A stretch of DNA of 32,000 nucleotides from Candidatus Thorarchaeota archaeon (GCA_048882505.1 JBHLRO010000002.1:1-32000), one strand, 5' to 3'. Numbered from the stretch's first letter, positions 9,209-18,167 are shown. The notes: generated by a model not told the origin, from the letters alone. Program-made: numbers and translations.

Positions 9209-10567
9209 GTGCTCGATTCGCTCAGCTCGTCTCTAAGAAAGGCCATTATGAAAATCCGAGGGTCTCCCCTCGTTGACGAAAAGGTTATCAATGAAGTTAT
9301 CGAGGATTTAGAGAATGCCCTACTTGCGGGCGATGTGAAACTCGATCTGGTATTAGATGTCACTGCACGAGTTAGAGAAAAGGCCCTCAAAGATGACATT
9401 CCCATGGGCGTTTCACGGACAAATTACACAATAAAAGTGTTATATGACGAACTTACCGCTCTTCTTGGGAAAAGGTACACCCCCTTAAGATTGAATCCTG
9501 ATGAAAGATCTATTCTGATGTTCATTGGTATCCAAGGGTCTGGAAAAACAACATCCATTGGAAAAGTAGCAAATTATTACAAAAAACGTGGGATGAAGGT
9601 AGGAGTTATTGGAGGAGACACATTCCGGCCTGGAGCACTTGCCCAGCTCCAACAATTACTGGCACCTATCAATGTGGAGGTTTACGGCGAAGAGAAGGAA
9701 AAAAAAGCCATTAAAGTTATTAAAAATGGCCTCAAGCACTTCGAGCCCCAAAAAACCATCAATCTTGTCTTAATTGATACCTCAGGCCGTCATAAAGAGG
9801 AAATTTCTCTTTTAAAAGAAATGGCCGATATCAGCAAGGTTGCCAAACCCACGGAGATCATTCTCGTAGTTGATGCCACCATTGGCCAGCAAGCTTGGTC
9901 TCAAGCGGATGCATTTAACCGTGCTACTCCGTTCGCTTCAATTATCCTATCCAAGATGGATGGTTCGGCAAAAGGTGGCGGAGCCATCTCGGCAGTCGCA
10001 ACGAGCGGCGCAAAAATCCGTTTCTACGGTGAAGGTGAAAAAATCGAAGACCTCGTAGAATTTAATCCAACACGATTTGTTGGTTCCTTGCTAGGAATGG
10101 GCGATATTGAGGGATTGGTAACCAGTGTTAATGAATTGCTCGATGCTGAGAGTACTGCGGAATTAACTCAGGCCTTTAAAAGAGGTAAAATAACACTCCG
10201 TCACTTCAAAATCCAAATGGAAAAGGCTTACAATCCCAGCGGGATCGGAAAGATGCTTTCCAAAATTCCACTCATCAGCGGAATTATGCCCCAGTCTCAA
10301 TTGGATGCTGAAGCGCAACAAGGGGTAAAACGGTTTGTTGCAATTTGTAATTCCATGACCGATGAAGAACTTGATGATGCCCGGATCATACGTGGGAGCC
10401 GCATCCAGCGAATTGCTCGCGGGTCTGGAACAACTCCCCAGGAAGTTAGGGAACTCTTGAAGCAGTTCAATATGATGACCAAGCAATTCAAGCGGATGCG
10501 CAAAATGAGGGGTCCCCGTGGTGCCCCAGGCAATATTCCTCCTGGAATGGAAGGCATGTTTGGCTAG
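9209..10567 (+). CDS. srp54: Signal recognition particle protein SRP54
   Basis: GIQGSGKTT, DTFRPGA, DTSGRH, SKMDGSAKGGGA and M-domain SMTDEEL...RIQRIARGSG; GTG start. Confidence 0.98.
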   Translation: MLDSLSSSLRKAIMKIRGSPLVDEKVINEVIEDLENALLAGDVKLDLVLDVTARVREKALKDDIPMGVSRTNYTIKVLYDELTALLGKRYTPLRLNPDERSILMFIGIQGSGKTTSIGKVANYYKKRGMKVGVIGGDTFRPGALAQLQQLLAPINVEVYGEEKEKKAIKVIKNGLKHFEPQKTINLVLIDTSGRHKEEISLLKEMADISKVAKPTEIILVVDATIGQQAWSQADAFNRATPFASIILSKMDGSAKGGGAISAVATSGAKIRFYGEGEKIEDLVEFNPTRFVGSLLGMGDIEGLVTSVNELLDAESTAELTQAFKRGKITLRHFKIQMEKAYNPSGIGKMLSKIPLISGIMPQSQLDAEAQQGVKRFVAICNSMTDEELDDARIIRGSRIQRIARGSGTTPQEVRELLKQFNMMTKQFKRMRKMRGPRGAPGNIPPGMEGMFG

Positions 10568-10593
10568 CCATTCGGTCTATTGGCGGGGAACTG

Positions 10594-10605
10594 TTTTTAT
10601 TTTTT
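10594..10605 (+). terminator. Oligo-T tract, candidate archaeal terminator of srp54
   Basis: TTTTTATTTTTT about 27 nt after the stop codon. Confidence 0.4.
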
Positions 10606-10669
10606 CTCAAAAATCCTTTTGATAATTATGTTGATATAGTCTGTTACTCATAATGAGTCATCTCGTGAC

Positions 10670-10829
10670 GCTGGGGTGGCTTAGCCTGGTATAGCACCTG
10701 GTTTGGTCGAGTTTGCGCCTATAGCGCGGGACTCATAATCTGAGATCTGTTCTCATACAATTTATAGGGCAATATATGCGCAACAGAGGAGAAATCCCGA
10801 AGTCGGGGGTTCAAATCCCCCTCCCAGCA
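10670..10829 (+). tRNA. Elongator tRNA-Met(CAT) with two introns: D-arm (about 22/23; 10693-10722, 30 nt) and 37/38 (10738-10793, 56 nt)
   Basis: Acceptor GCTGGGG/TCCCAGC (G1-C72, so not initiator), anticodon arm CGGGA-CTCATAA-TCCCG after splicing, T arm GGGGG-TTCAAAT-CCCCC. The D-intron boundary is ambiguous because ATAGC is repeated at both junctions. Confidence 0.9.
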
Positions 10830-10862
10830 CTCCACTGACACCATGATTCCTAGCTATGTCAT

Positions 10863-10965
10863 GCTCCGATAGTGTAGCTTGGCCCATCATTTAGGGCTCT
10901 CACCCCTAAGACTTCACTGATTTGATGTGAAGGAGGATACCCGGGTTCAAATCCCGGTCGGAGCA
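10863..10965 (+). tRNA. tRNA-Glu(CTC) with a 28-nt variable-loop intron (45/46; 10911-10938)
   Basis: GCTCCGA/TCGGAGC, TAGGG-CTCTCAC-CCCTA and CCGGG-TTCAAAT-CCCGG; BHB with CCTA/GAGG, bulges AG|A and AT|A, inner helix CTTCAC/GTGAAG. Confidence 0.92.
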
Positions 10966-11118
10966 TTCACTATTTATATTGATCTTGTCTGTTTATCCTC
11001 CTAGCCGCTTTTGAAATTGATAGAATACGAAGAAAATTAATATATCTGCGAAATTCAGTCCCAAAAGGAGATCTCCTCTGAAGTATTGCCTCCACTAATG
11101 GTGATTTGTTGAATATGA

Positions 11119-11267
11119 GCCCCGATGGTGTAGTTCGGTCTAGCATTGATGGCTGTCAAAGGCATCTTATCGAATATTGTCTTTTCGACGGCCTGCAGAT
11201 CCCATCCGACGCGGGTTCAAAAGATTTGAGTTTTTTACTCAATCTGAAACTCCCGCTCGGGGCGCCA
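11119..11267 (+). tRNA. tRNA-Asp(GTC) with two introns: 37/38 (11159-11200, 42 nt) and T-loop 59/60 (11222-11250, 29 nt); CCA encoded
   Basis: GCCCCGA/TCGGGGC-G-CCA; BHB CTGT/GCAG with AGGC/GCCT; second BHB TTCA/TGAA with bulges AA|A and AC|T. Confidence 0.94.
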
Positions 11268-11293
11268 ACATTTCTAACAGTAGAAGATATCCA

Positions 11294-11397
11294 GGGCGCA
11301 TAGCTCAGCTAGGTAGAGCGATGGGCTTTTAACCCATTGGTCGGGGGTTCAAAGCTGTGTCAACTTCGATTGCACAGTGAAAGTCCCTCTGCGCCCG
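11294..11397 (+). tRNA. tRNA-Lys(TTT) with a 30-nt T-loop intron (59/60; 11354-11383)
   Basis: GGGCGCA/TGCGCCC and ATGGG-CTTTTAA-CCCAT; BHB TTCA/TGAA, bulges AA|G and AG|T, inner helix CTGTG/CACAG. Confidence 0.94.
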
Positions 11398-11434
11398 TTT
11401 CTTTATGTCATGAGATCATGAGACAAAAACAATT

Positions 11435-12011
11435 GTGAATGAAATCAATCAACGGAACAAAATAGACAAGCCAAATCCAGATAACAATTGGGAGACGTTC
11501 ATTCGACTTCCTCTAGTAATGGGGGATCCTCTCCACGAAGAAAACTATACCCGAATTATGAATGGGATTCGATTTCGAATACGAGCGTTGATAACCTCGC
11601 TAAGGGAGAATAATTACATTAATTGGTGTTTTTTCCTAATTTATGGAAAGGGAAATGGGGTTCCAACAAGGGTAGACGATCGCAATATGTATTTTCATTT
11701 ACGCCCTAGTTTTGGTAAAAATCTAACAGAAACGGAGATTCAAAACCTACTACCTGATTAATGTCTAGTTCCTCTTGAGGATACATGGATTCGAAAAACA
11801 GATGTCATTCTCAGGGGGGGAAATTAGGGGAATAAACAAAGAACTCCTGAAGAATGATGATATAACCCTCGCCTGGAAAATCATTGGAGAGGCGTCTGAA
11901 TGGGTCTTGAGTATTTTAAATGTCTATGAGGATGACCATAACATTCCACGCCACCAGATAGCCCAGGTTCTACATTTCTTCCCAAATCTGCTACAAATGC
12001 CTATACAATAA
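11435..12011 (+). pseudogene. Disrupted gene, possibly lanthionine-dehydratase-C-terminal-like fold; in-frame stop plus frameshift
   Basis: ORFs 11435-11761 and 11775-12011 read as one protein across TAA 11759-11761 and a G7 run at 11814-11820. WCFFLIY...YFHLR and LHFFPNLL resemble that family's WFFIRY..HLR and HxxxNxL motifs. Confidence 0.6.
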
Positions 12012-12592
12012 TTGGTGTGACGGGATAAATGACGGGCAACATTTGTGCTGAAAAAAAGAGTGAACTATGGAGTTTTCACAAACTTTGGAGAAAAAAAGAA
12101 GCAGGAGGAGGGTTCTTTATTGTCCTTCATTGGCCAGTTGGTTCGTTTGGGGGCATCGGTCAGACCTCCTTTGGTCAATTAGATTACAGGATTACGTGAT
12201 TATTTCAACCGAGTATTGACCAGCAACAATTTAAATACCCAAATTTTCTTTGTCTCACGTAAGCTTGAGTATTTATTGAGTAAAGTACTGCAAAGCCCTG
12301 AGGCTTCAGTATATGGATGATCACTATCAGACAAAAAAGAACCAGTGTCTCGTGCCAGTTTCGAAAGGAGGATCAGAAAACAAAGACGAAGGATATGCGA
12401 TGAGGCGGAAAAATGAAGATTGATTTAGAAAACGCGCTCTCTCTCACCCCCCCGCGATCTATGAATGTGGAAAATCTAGACATAACTGTGTTTTTTTGAC
12501 AAATATCACAAGGTTGCTATCTGGCTCTACATATTCAAAACCATTTCTCATTCAATCAAAAAACCCTTTCGGCCTAGCTTCAAATTGCTGTT

Positions 12593-14119
12593 TCAACCTG
12601 TTAAGATCATAGGTGGATGCCAAGCAGAATTCCTCGAATCATACCAAGAAAATTTGATTCTTTGAGGATAGTGGTATGAAATTACCTGTCGAGTTTGACA
12701 ATTATACTCCGTTTCGAGGCTCTCAGCATCTTTCGAAGTCAAAAAAGCCCAGAGAAAAAGATGTTCCTCCGAGAAAAACATTCGAGTATAGGGCAGTCCA
12801 GTAATTACCTGATTTAGATCATTTAAAGAAGAGACGGATGATTTTATCTCGAATAAATAGGGGGAATAGTTGTAATGCAGTCTTGGTGAGTCAAAAGCGA
12901 GTGCACACACATTCTTATCATATAAAAATTTAAGCAGACCTCTTTCTCGCGCGGATTGTTTGATTATATCACGGTTTTGTCGTTTTGTCGGTATTGGATC
13001 TAGAGGTAGGTCTTCAAAATAATAGATCGCCCTGTGTTGGCAGAAGAACTGGATGAGAGCTAGCGGATCAGAAAACTGCGTGTAATGCCAGGTTTGATTG
13101 AATTCGGGCGTGATATAGAAATTATAGTCATGAGTAATGGAACCGGGAGGGGAACTATCTTGCCACCCCTTCCCCAGCGAATAGCGCGCTAATGAGAACG
13201 AAACCCGCTCAGTAAGGATTTCGTCCATTTCCAGACTAAGAACTCTGTGGATATGTTCATTATGTTCCATGAAACCCTTGAGATCCTCAAGAAAGGCCTC
13301 TGGAATGACCAAATATCCTGAATATTCGTTTTCTCGGTCTGGAACACGATGAATTCGGCTCGCACAAAGAGTTCGATCTTTTGAGTTTTGGAAATCAATG
13401 ATCCGCGTTAATGGCGTGTTTTCTGCTAGCTTAAGGTGAAAGTAGAGATATTTCAAACCAAAGGCTGGCGTATGAAACCACAAATTCCATTTCGACCCGA
13501 GTAATTTGAAAAAACTGGCCAGCTCCCGCATTGTTGGAAACGTGTGAGTATCTGTCGTGATCTGCTTCTTTAGTTGACGCGAACGTAATGAATGGATGCC
13601 CCGCTCTTTGATGGTCTGATAGACATTTTTTAAAGCAAATAATTGTGCTTCTGTAAGGTTTAACTCAATTCTAGTACAAATTAGTTGGAGCTGTTCCCAT
13701 AACTGGGATTCGAGGGGAATTTGGTTCTTAATAAGTAAAAAACCCCCTTCGGTCTGGGAATGTCGTTTGAACGGTTTAGCTAAATAGGCATAAAAACTCC
13801 TGCCATCATATTCAGCTAAAGAAAGCATAAGATTTGCAGTTTCGAAATAATCGATCGAAAACCACAGAAACGGATATTTAAGATATGTTCGTGCCTGATA
13901 ATACTGACGATTATAGTCTAGAAACCGCTTTGAAAGTCTCTCACGTTGAAAGTCCGCTTCCTCATAGTACTTCAAGGTCTCAAAGAACACGGTTAATAAT
14001 TTTTGCTCTTCAGAAGAATAGCGTTCGATATATGGTGGAAGCTGGTCTATGACCGTTTGGAGAAGCTTTTTGTGTGTCTTTATTAGCCAAACCACCTCAC
14101 TTCTCTCCGAAGTTTCCAA
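12593..14119 (-). CDS. Hypothetical 508-aa soluble protein, possibly with a degenerate wHTH / Lrp-like central region
   Basis: Long ORF with no hydrophobic spans; helical segment LTEAQLFALKNVYQ...RELASFFKLL followed by PAFGLKYLYF. The CDS is well supported; the product is a guess. Confidence 0.6.
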   Translation of the reverse strand: METSERSEVVWLIKTHKKLLQTVIDQLPPYIERYSSEEQKLLTVFFETLKYYEEADFQRERLSKRFLDYNRQYYQARTYLKYPFLWFSIDYFETANLMLSLAEYDGRSFYAYLAKPFKRHSQTEGGFLLIKNQIPLESQLWEQLQLICTRIELNLTEAQLFALKNVYQTIKERGIHSLRSRQLKKQITTDTHTFPTMRELASFFKLLGSKWNLWFHTPAFGLKYLYFHLKLAENTPLTRIIDFQNSKDRTLCASRIHRVPDRENEYSGYLVIPEAFLEDLKGFMEHNEHIHRVLSLEMDEILTERVSFSLARYSLGKGWQDSSPPGSITHDYNFYITPEFNQTWHYTQFSDPLALIQFFCQHRAIYYFEDLPLDPIPTKRQNRDIIKQSARERGLLKFLYDKNVCALAFDSPRLHYNYSPYLFEIKSSVSSLNDLNQVITGLPYTRMFFSEEHLFLWAFLTSKDAESLETEYNCQTRQVISYHYPQRIKFSWYDSRNSAWHPPMILTG

Positions 14120-14758
14120 ATATCACTAAGATTGAGCTGAAATAATAAATAGCTTGCTGTGACTTAATAAAGTCCTTTTAAAAACAGCGAAAATCTCTGA
14201 CTCATGATCGTAAGAACCATTATTTTAACACAAAGAATGTATGAATTCGGAACAGAAAGATTGAGATGCGACCAAAACGGTGATAATTTAAGGAGGGTGT
14301 AGAAGAAAACGCAAGGGGGAGCGTCTTCAAAATATCTTCTGATTTTCACATACATTAAAAAGACAGAGAAAACCTGACAAATAAGGGTGTAAAAGATATT
14401 GAGAAGGGGTCTCCGCAAGTTCGGAATTTTCTTCTTATTTCTCAATTTAATGAGTCTTTCACAATTTATGGGTAGAAACAATAATAAATAGTCGTATCGC
14501 CGAAGAGAGAGATTGGAGAAAGGTTAGGCCTAGGAATTACCAAGATCACAGTTTTTTCTGTCTCAAATGCAGAGGATTTTTTGTCTCAAAGGATGAAATA
14601 TCCTACTCGCCCCCGTTTTTCTGCACTTTTTTTTTATTGTCTCTTCACAGATTTTTGATTTTAAATGTAAGAGAATGCTTGGAATATTGCGCGAGAAGAC
14701 ATTAAATAAGCTAATAATATAACAGTTACAATTATAACAGCAGTAAGGCCTTAATGGT

Positions 14759-15439
14759 CTATTCAGTGGTACTATTAATGGCATCTCTTCCCTGTTTGAA
14801 AAGAAAGACCGAAATAATTAGCATAAACGTAAAAACAATCGCAATAATCATTAGAATAGGTATCAATGTGATCTCAGCTTCGTAGATCAAGACGTCTATG
14901 AATGGCAATGTTTCAAGTAAAGATTCGTCGTACACGATTATGCCCCCTACAGCTCCAACCAAAAGAATGACTCCAAATCCCACGAAAGTAGAACCTCCAT
15001 AAAGAACTTGGATGAGGGTTCTCGTTTCATATATGTCGCTATGGTTGACCGTTACGACAATGAACCGTAGAACTCCTGCTATGATAAATAATTGCATCCC
15101 TACAAGAGCTCCTATCACCTTAATCGTTAGAAGGTCATCTTGAAAGCTATTAGTTAACCCTAGTAATGCGACATTAATATCCAATGGATTAGGATTAATG
15201 ATCCCGGAAGCATCAATAAGTCCGAGGTATATTGCTGGCAGGACTCCAACTAGTCCAATTATTCCGCACACATGTGCCACAAAATCGAGTCGAGATACAA
15301 TATTTTTGCCAAAGCGACTTTCGAAATCAATAATCCCCCTTTTTTGGAAAAAATTGATCCAGAGTGCCATCAAAAGCGTGAGAGTGGTAACAAACCAAGC
15401 TCCAATGGGAAAATGGACAGCTGGAGGATGTAACGCCAA
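14759..15439 (-). CDS. DUF2231-like membrane protein
   Basis: N-terminal LHPPAVHFPIG motif and about 5 hydrophobic helices. Confidence 0.75.
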   Translation of the reverse strand: MALHPPAVHFPIGAWFVTTLTLLMALWINFFQKRGIIDFESRFGKNIVSRLDFVAHVCGIIGLVGVLPAIYLGLIDASGIINPNPLDINVALLGLTNSFQDDLLTIKVIGALVGMQLFIIAGVLRFIVVTVNHSDIYETRTLIQVLYGGSTFVGFGVILLVGAVGGIIVYDESLLETLPFIDVLIYEAEITLIPILMIIAIVFTFMLIISVFLFKQGRDAINSTTE

Positions 15440-15573
15440 TTCAGATTTAACTCCTATTTTTTTTTCGGAAATTCCGTCCAGAACAGGTGAGTACCTGACG
15501 CTTTATTTGGCTGCTCGTCCGATAAGAACATTGACTCTAATTTTGGTTCTTTCATTTGGTTAATATAAGAAAT

Positions 15574-16851
15574 CTACTCAGAAGCTGGCGTTTCCTGGGG
15601 ATGAGATCTGATGTTACCCAACAGAAGAATGAGGAGCGCAACCGCCGAAAACAGAGCACCAAATAAGAATGGTAAAGGAAAATCTATCTCATATAGTCGA
15701 CCTGCGATAATCCCCCCCGCGAGCCCTGCGAATCCCATACTAGTCTGGAGAAGCCCAATGCCTGTGCCCTTCAGGGCTGAAGGGAGTAAATCCACCGTAT
15801 ACGCCTTTTGGACGCCGTCTGTAGCAGCATAAAAGGCCCCATAAATACCAAAAGCTAGAATAAGAGCAAAAAGATGGGTGGTGGATGCAAAAATCAAGCA
15901 GGTAATAATGAAAAGGATTAATCCCAGACTGAAAACCTTTTTTCGTCCATAACGATCAGACCAGCCACCGAATGGGATGGAAAGTCCACTATACACCACA
16001 TTGAACCAAATAAAAAGCGCAAGCGTCATTGCCAGTTGATTAAAAGGAGTATCTGTGAAACCGATGGTACCAGCAAGAATAGTCTTTGTATGGAGAATAA
16101 ATAGAAGAATGGTAAAATTGGCGAGACCAAAGATGACTGAAATGAATAAAAACAGGTAATAGTCCCTAGGTAAGTTTTTGAGATTTTGCAAGAGACCTGT
16201 GCCGATTGGGGTCTTTTTCTCTCTACTGTAAATAGGAGTTGAAAGAAAAATAATAGGAACCACGGCAAATAATGAAATGAAGGAAGAAAGGATGATAATA
16301 AGCCGTAGGAGGGTTGTTTCTTCTTCTAAATACGAAAATAGCGTGATCACTATTCCTAAAGTAATCATGGAGCCGAGAATTGCCCCTGCAGTATCCATCA
16401 TCCGATGAAATCCGAAAGCTTTCCCACGTAACTGAAATGAAACACTGTCTGCAAGTAAAGAATCTCGTGGGGCCCCTCGAATTCCCTTTCCTAATCTTTC
16501 GATCGGTTTTAATATCGCGATCTGTTCCCATGATTGACTCAAACCGATACCTAACTTGGCAAAGAAAGGAATGCCATAACCGATTGCAATCAATTGGCGT
16601 CTTTTGCCCGTTTGATCCGCGAGATATCCCGAAATCACCTTAACGATATTTGCAACAGCATCTCCAAGTCCTCCAACAAACCCAATAACTAAACCCGATC
16701 CACCAAGTGCCGCGAGATAGAGGGGGAGGATAGGGGTCATCATTTCCCCTGAAACATCTGCCAGAAACGATATTAATCCCAACAGTACAACATTTCGAGT
16801 CAACCAGCTCGATCGTGTATCTGTATTGGGTGTAGACATGGTAAAAGCCAT
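15574..16851 (-). CDS. MFS transporter
   Basis: About 12 TM segments; SGYLADQTGKRR and GGWSDRYGRKK (motif A-like); ERLGKGIRGAPRD. Confidence 0.93.
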   Translation of the reverse strand: MAFTMSTPNTDTRSSWLTRNVVLLGLISFLADVSGEMMTPILPLYLAALGGSGLVIGFVGGLGDAVANIVKVISGYLADQTGKRRQLIAIGYGIPFFAKLGIGLSQSWEQIAILKPIERLGKGIRGAPRDSLLADSVSFQLRGKAFGFHRMMDTAGAILGSMITLGIVITLFSYLEEETTLLRLIIILSSFISLFAVVPIIFLSTPIYSREKKTPIGTGLLQNLKNLPRDYYLFLFISVIFGLANFTILLFILHTKTILAGTIGFTDTPFNQLAMTLALFIWFNVVYSGLSIPFGGWSDRYGRKKVFSLGLILFIITCLIFASTTHLFALILAFGIYGAFYAATDGVQKAYTVDLLPSALKGTGIGLLQTSMGFAGLAGGIIAGRLYEIDFPLPFLFGALFSAVALLILLLGNIRSHPQETPASE

Positions 16852-16982
16852 TTTTTACAGATTTACATAATTAGATAACTGAACTATACATTTTGACTAT
16901 CATTTTAAGGATCGATAGGATGACTTGGCCTGAACTATTAGTTGATTGGAATCCAAGTAAAGGAGTTACAAACCTATTGAAA

Positions 16983-17915
16983 ATGGTCATTGTTGGGCAG
17001 GAGTCGTTTGCGGGGAAGATAGCAGAAAATATTTCATCAGCGAGGTTTTTTCCTCTTGAAAAACGCTTGTTTCCTGATGGAGAGGTATGTCCACGATTAG
17101 TGATTTCCGATCCTAGTCAATTGGAAGGTACTCATGCCATTGTTGCATTGCAATTGGAATTGGGCCAATGTGTGAACCAATACTTAGTTTCTTTACTGTG
17201 GACACTCTATAACGTGAAGCGCTATCGACCAGCGATCCTCACATGCATCATGCCATATCATCTGTACTCTAGACAAGACACAGAATTCCGAGAGGGAGAA
17301 CCGTTCTCCAGTCGATATCTAAGCGAGGCTTTGGAAGCTGCCGGTATTGACAATTTTATGACGGTCAATTCTCACTCATATGGTAAGACGGATCTGGGAT
17401 ATTTTTTCCCTAAATCACGAGCGATTGGTTTGTCGGCTGTTTCAACCCTAGCCCGAGCGTTGAGAGAGCATCTAGACTCACCTGTGGATGTAATCTGCTT
17501 CTCACCCGATGAGGGCGCACTACAATTGGCCCAAGAGGCCGCTCAAGGTCTTGGGTCACCATATTATGGGGCCATTAAGAAAGAGCGAGACCGTGATACA
17601 GGAGTAATTACTCAGACATTCATGGGGGTTGGTATTCCCGTAGAAGGGCATCCAGTTGTGATTATAGATGATTTGGTAAGTTCAGGGGGAACCATGATGG
17701 GAGCCGCAGAACTTCTCAGAGAAAAGGGAGCAACAGATGTGTATTATCTTTATACACATCCTGTACATTCTTCAGAAAGATTCAAACGGATACTCGAATC
17801 CAAACCCCGTATGGTGTTTGCTTCCGATACCATTAAAACAAACTTTAATGGGATGACGGTTGTTAGTGTAATTCCCCTTCTTAGTGACGCAATTAAGCGC
17901 CTGCCAAGTGCCTAG
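16983..17915 (+). CDS. prs: Ribose-phosphate pyrophosphokinase
   Basis: FPDGE, PYHLYSRQD..F..GE, SPDEGA, KKER and IIDDLVSSGGTM; ATG at 16983 preferred over the track start at 16893. Confidence 0.93.
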   Translation: MVIVGQESFAGKIAENISSARFFPLEKRLFPDGEVCPRLVISDPSQLEGTHAIVALQLELGQCVNQYLVSLLWTLYNVKRYRPAILTCIMPYHLYSRQDTEFREGEPFSSRYLSEALEAAGIDNFMTVNSHSYGKTDLGYFFPKSRAIGLSAVSTLARALREHLDSPVDVICFSPDEGALQLAQEAAQGLGSPYYGAIKKERDRDTGVITQTFMGVGIPVEGHPVVIIDDLVSSGGTMMGAAELLREKGATDVYYLYTHPVHSSERFKRILESKPRMVFASDTIKTNFNGMTVVSVIPLLSDAIKRLPSA

Positions 17916-17922
17916 GAAGTAA

Positions 17923-18087
17923 TTAACTAGGTCGGTGTCTATCTATTAACTCACGAATGGCCGAACGGACGAATTCTGAGCGGTTAGGATATTTTCCTTT
18001 TCGAACGAGCTTTGCCATTTCATCGATATCTTTTTCGTCTATATAGATCGTTACTGTGCGGATGATATCTACCCCTGCTGGAAACAT
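17923..18087 (-). CDS. Ribbon-helix-helix (CopG-type) regulator, CdrS-like
   Basis: RTVTIYIDEKDIDEMAKLVRKGKYPNRSEFVRSAIRELI; ATG at 18087 preferred. Confidence 0.82.
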   Translation of the reverse strand: MFPAGVDIIRTVTIYIDEKDIDEMAKLVRKGKYPNRSEFVRSAIRELIDRHRPS

Positions 18088-18167
18088 AAAGGAATTTCCA
18101 GCATAAGATAGTTCTTCATAGACTAAAAAAAGCTTACCGCAAAATTTTGCATCCGGGACTGAAATCA

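Noticed and set aside
467-10557. Numerous short ORFs inside ahcY, pssA, pus10, srp54 and others
   Set aside because: They are antisense or off-frame shadows of well-supported genes, with no motifs of their own.
10738-10793. Box C/D guide RNA inside the tRNA-Met 37/38 intron
   Set aside because: A CTGA is present, but I found no box C (RTGATGA) or C'/D' pair.
11106-11303. 65-aa ORF
   Set aside because: It runs through tRNA-Asp and its introns.
12121-12320. Possible second pseudogene fragment (SFIGQLVRLG...*ITGLRDYFNRVL...)
   Set aside because: No start codon and no recognisable motif; it needs tblastn support.
14595-14620. Weak resemblance to the tRNA-Lys 3' end as a possible attR
   Set aside because: The match is gapped and short, and there is no integrase in the window.
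14164-14784. ORFs of 105 aa and 73 aa in the gap upstream of the 508-aa gene
   Set aside because: AT-rich, low-complexity F/L/I/K translations without motifs; cannot be supported as genes.
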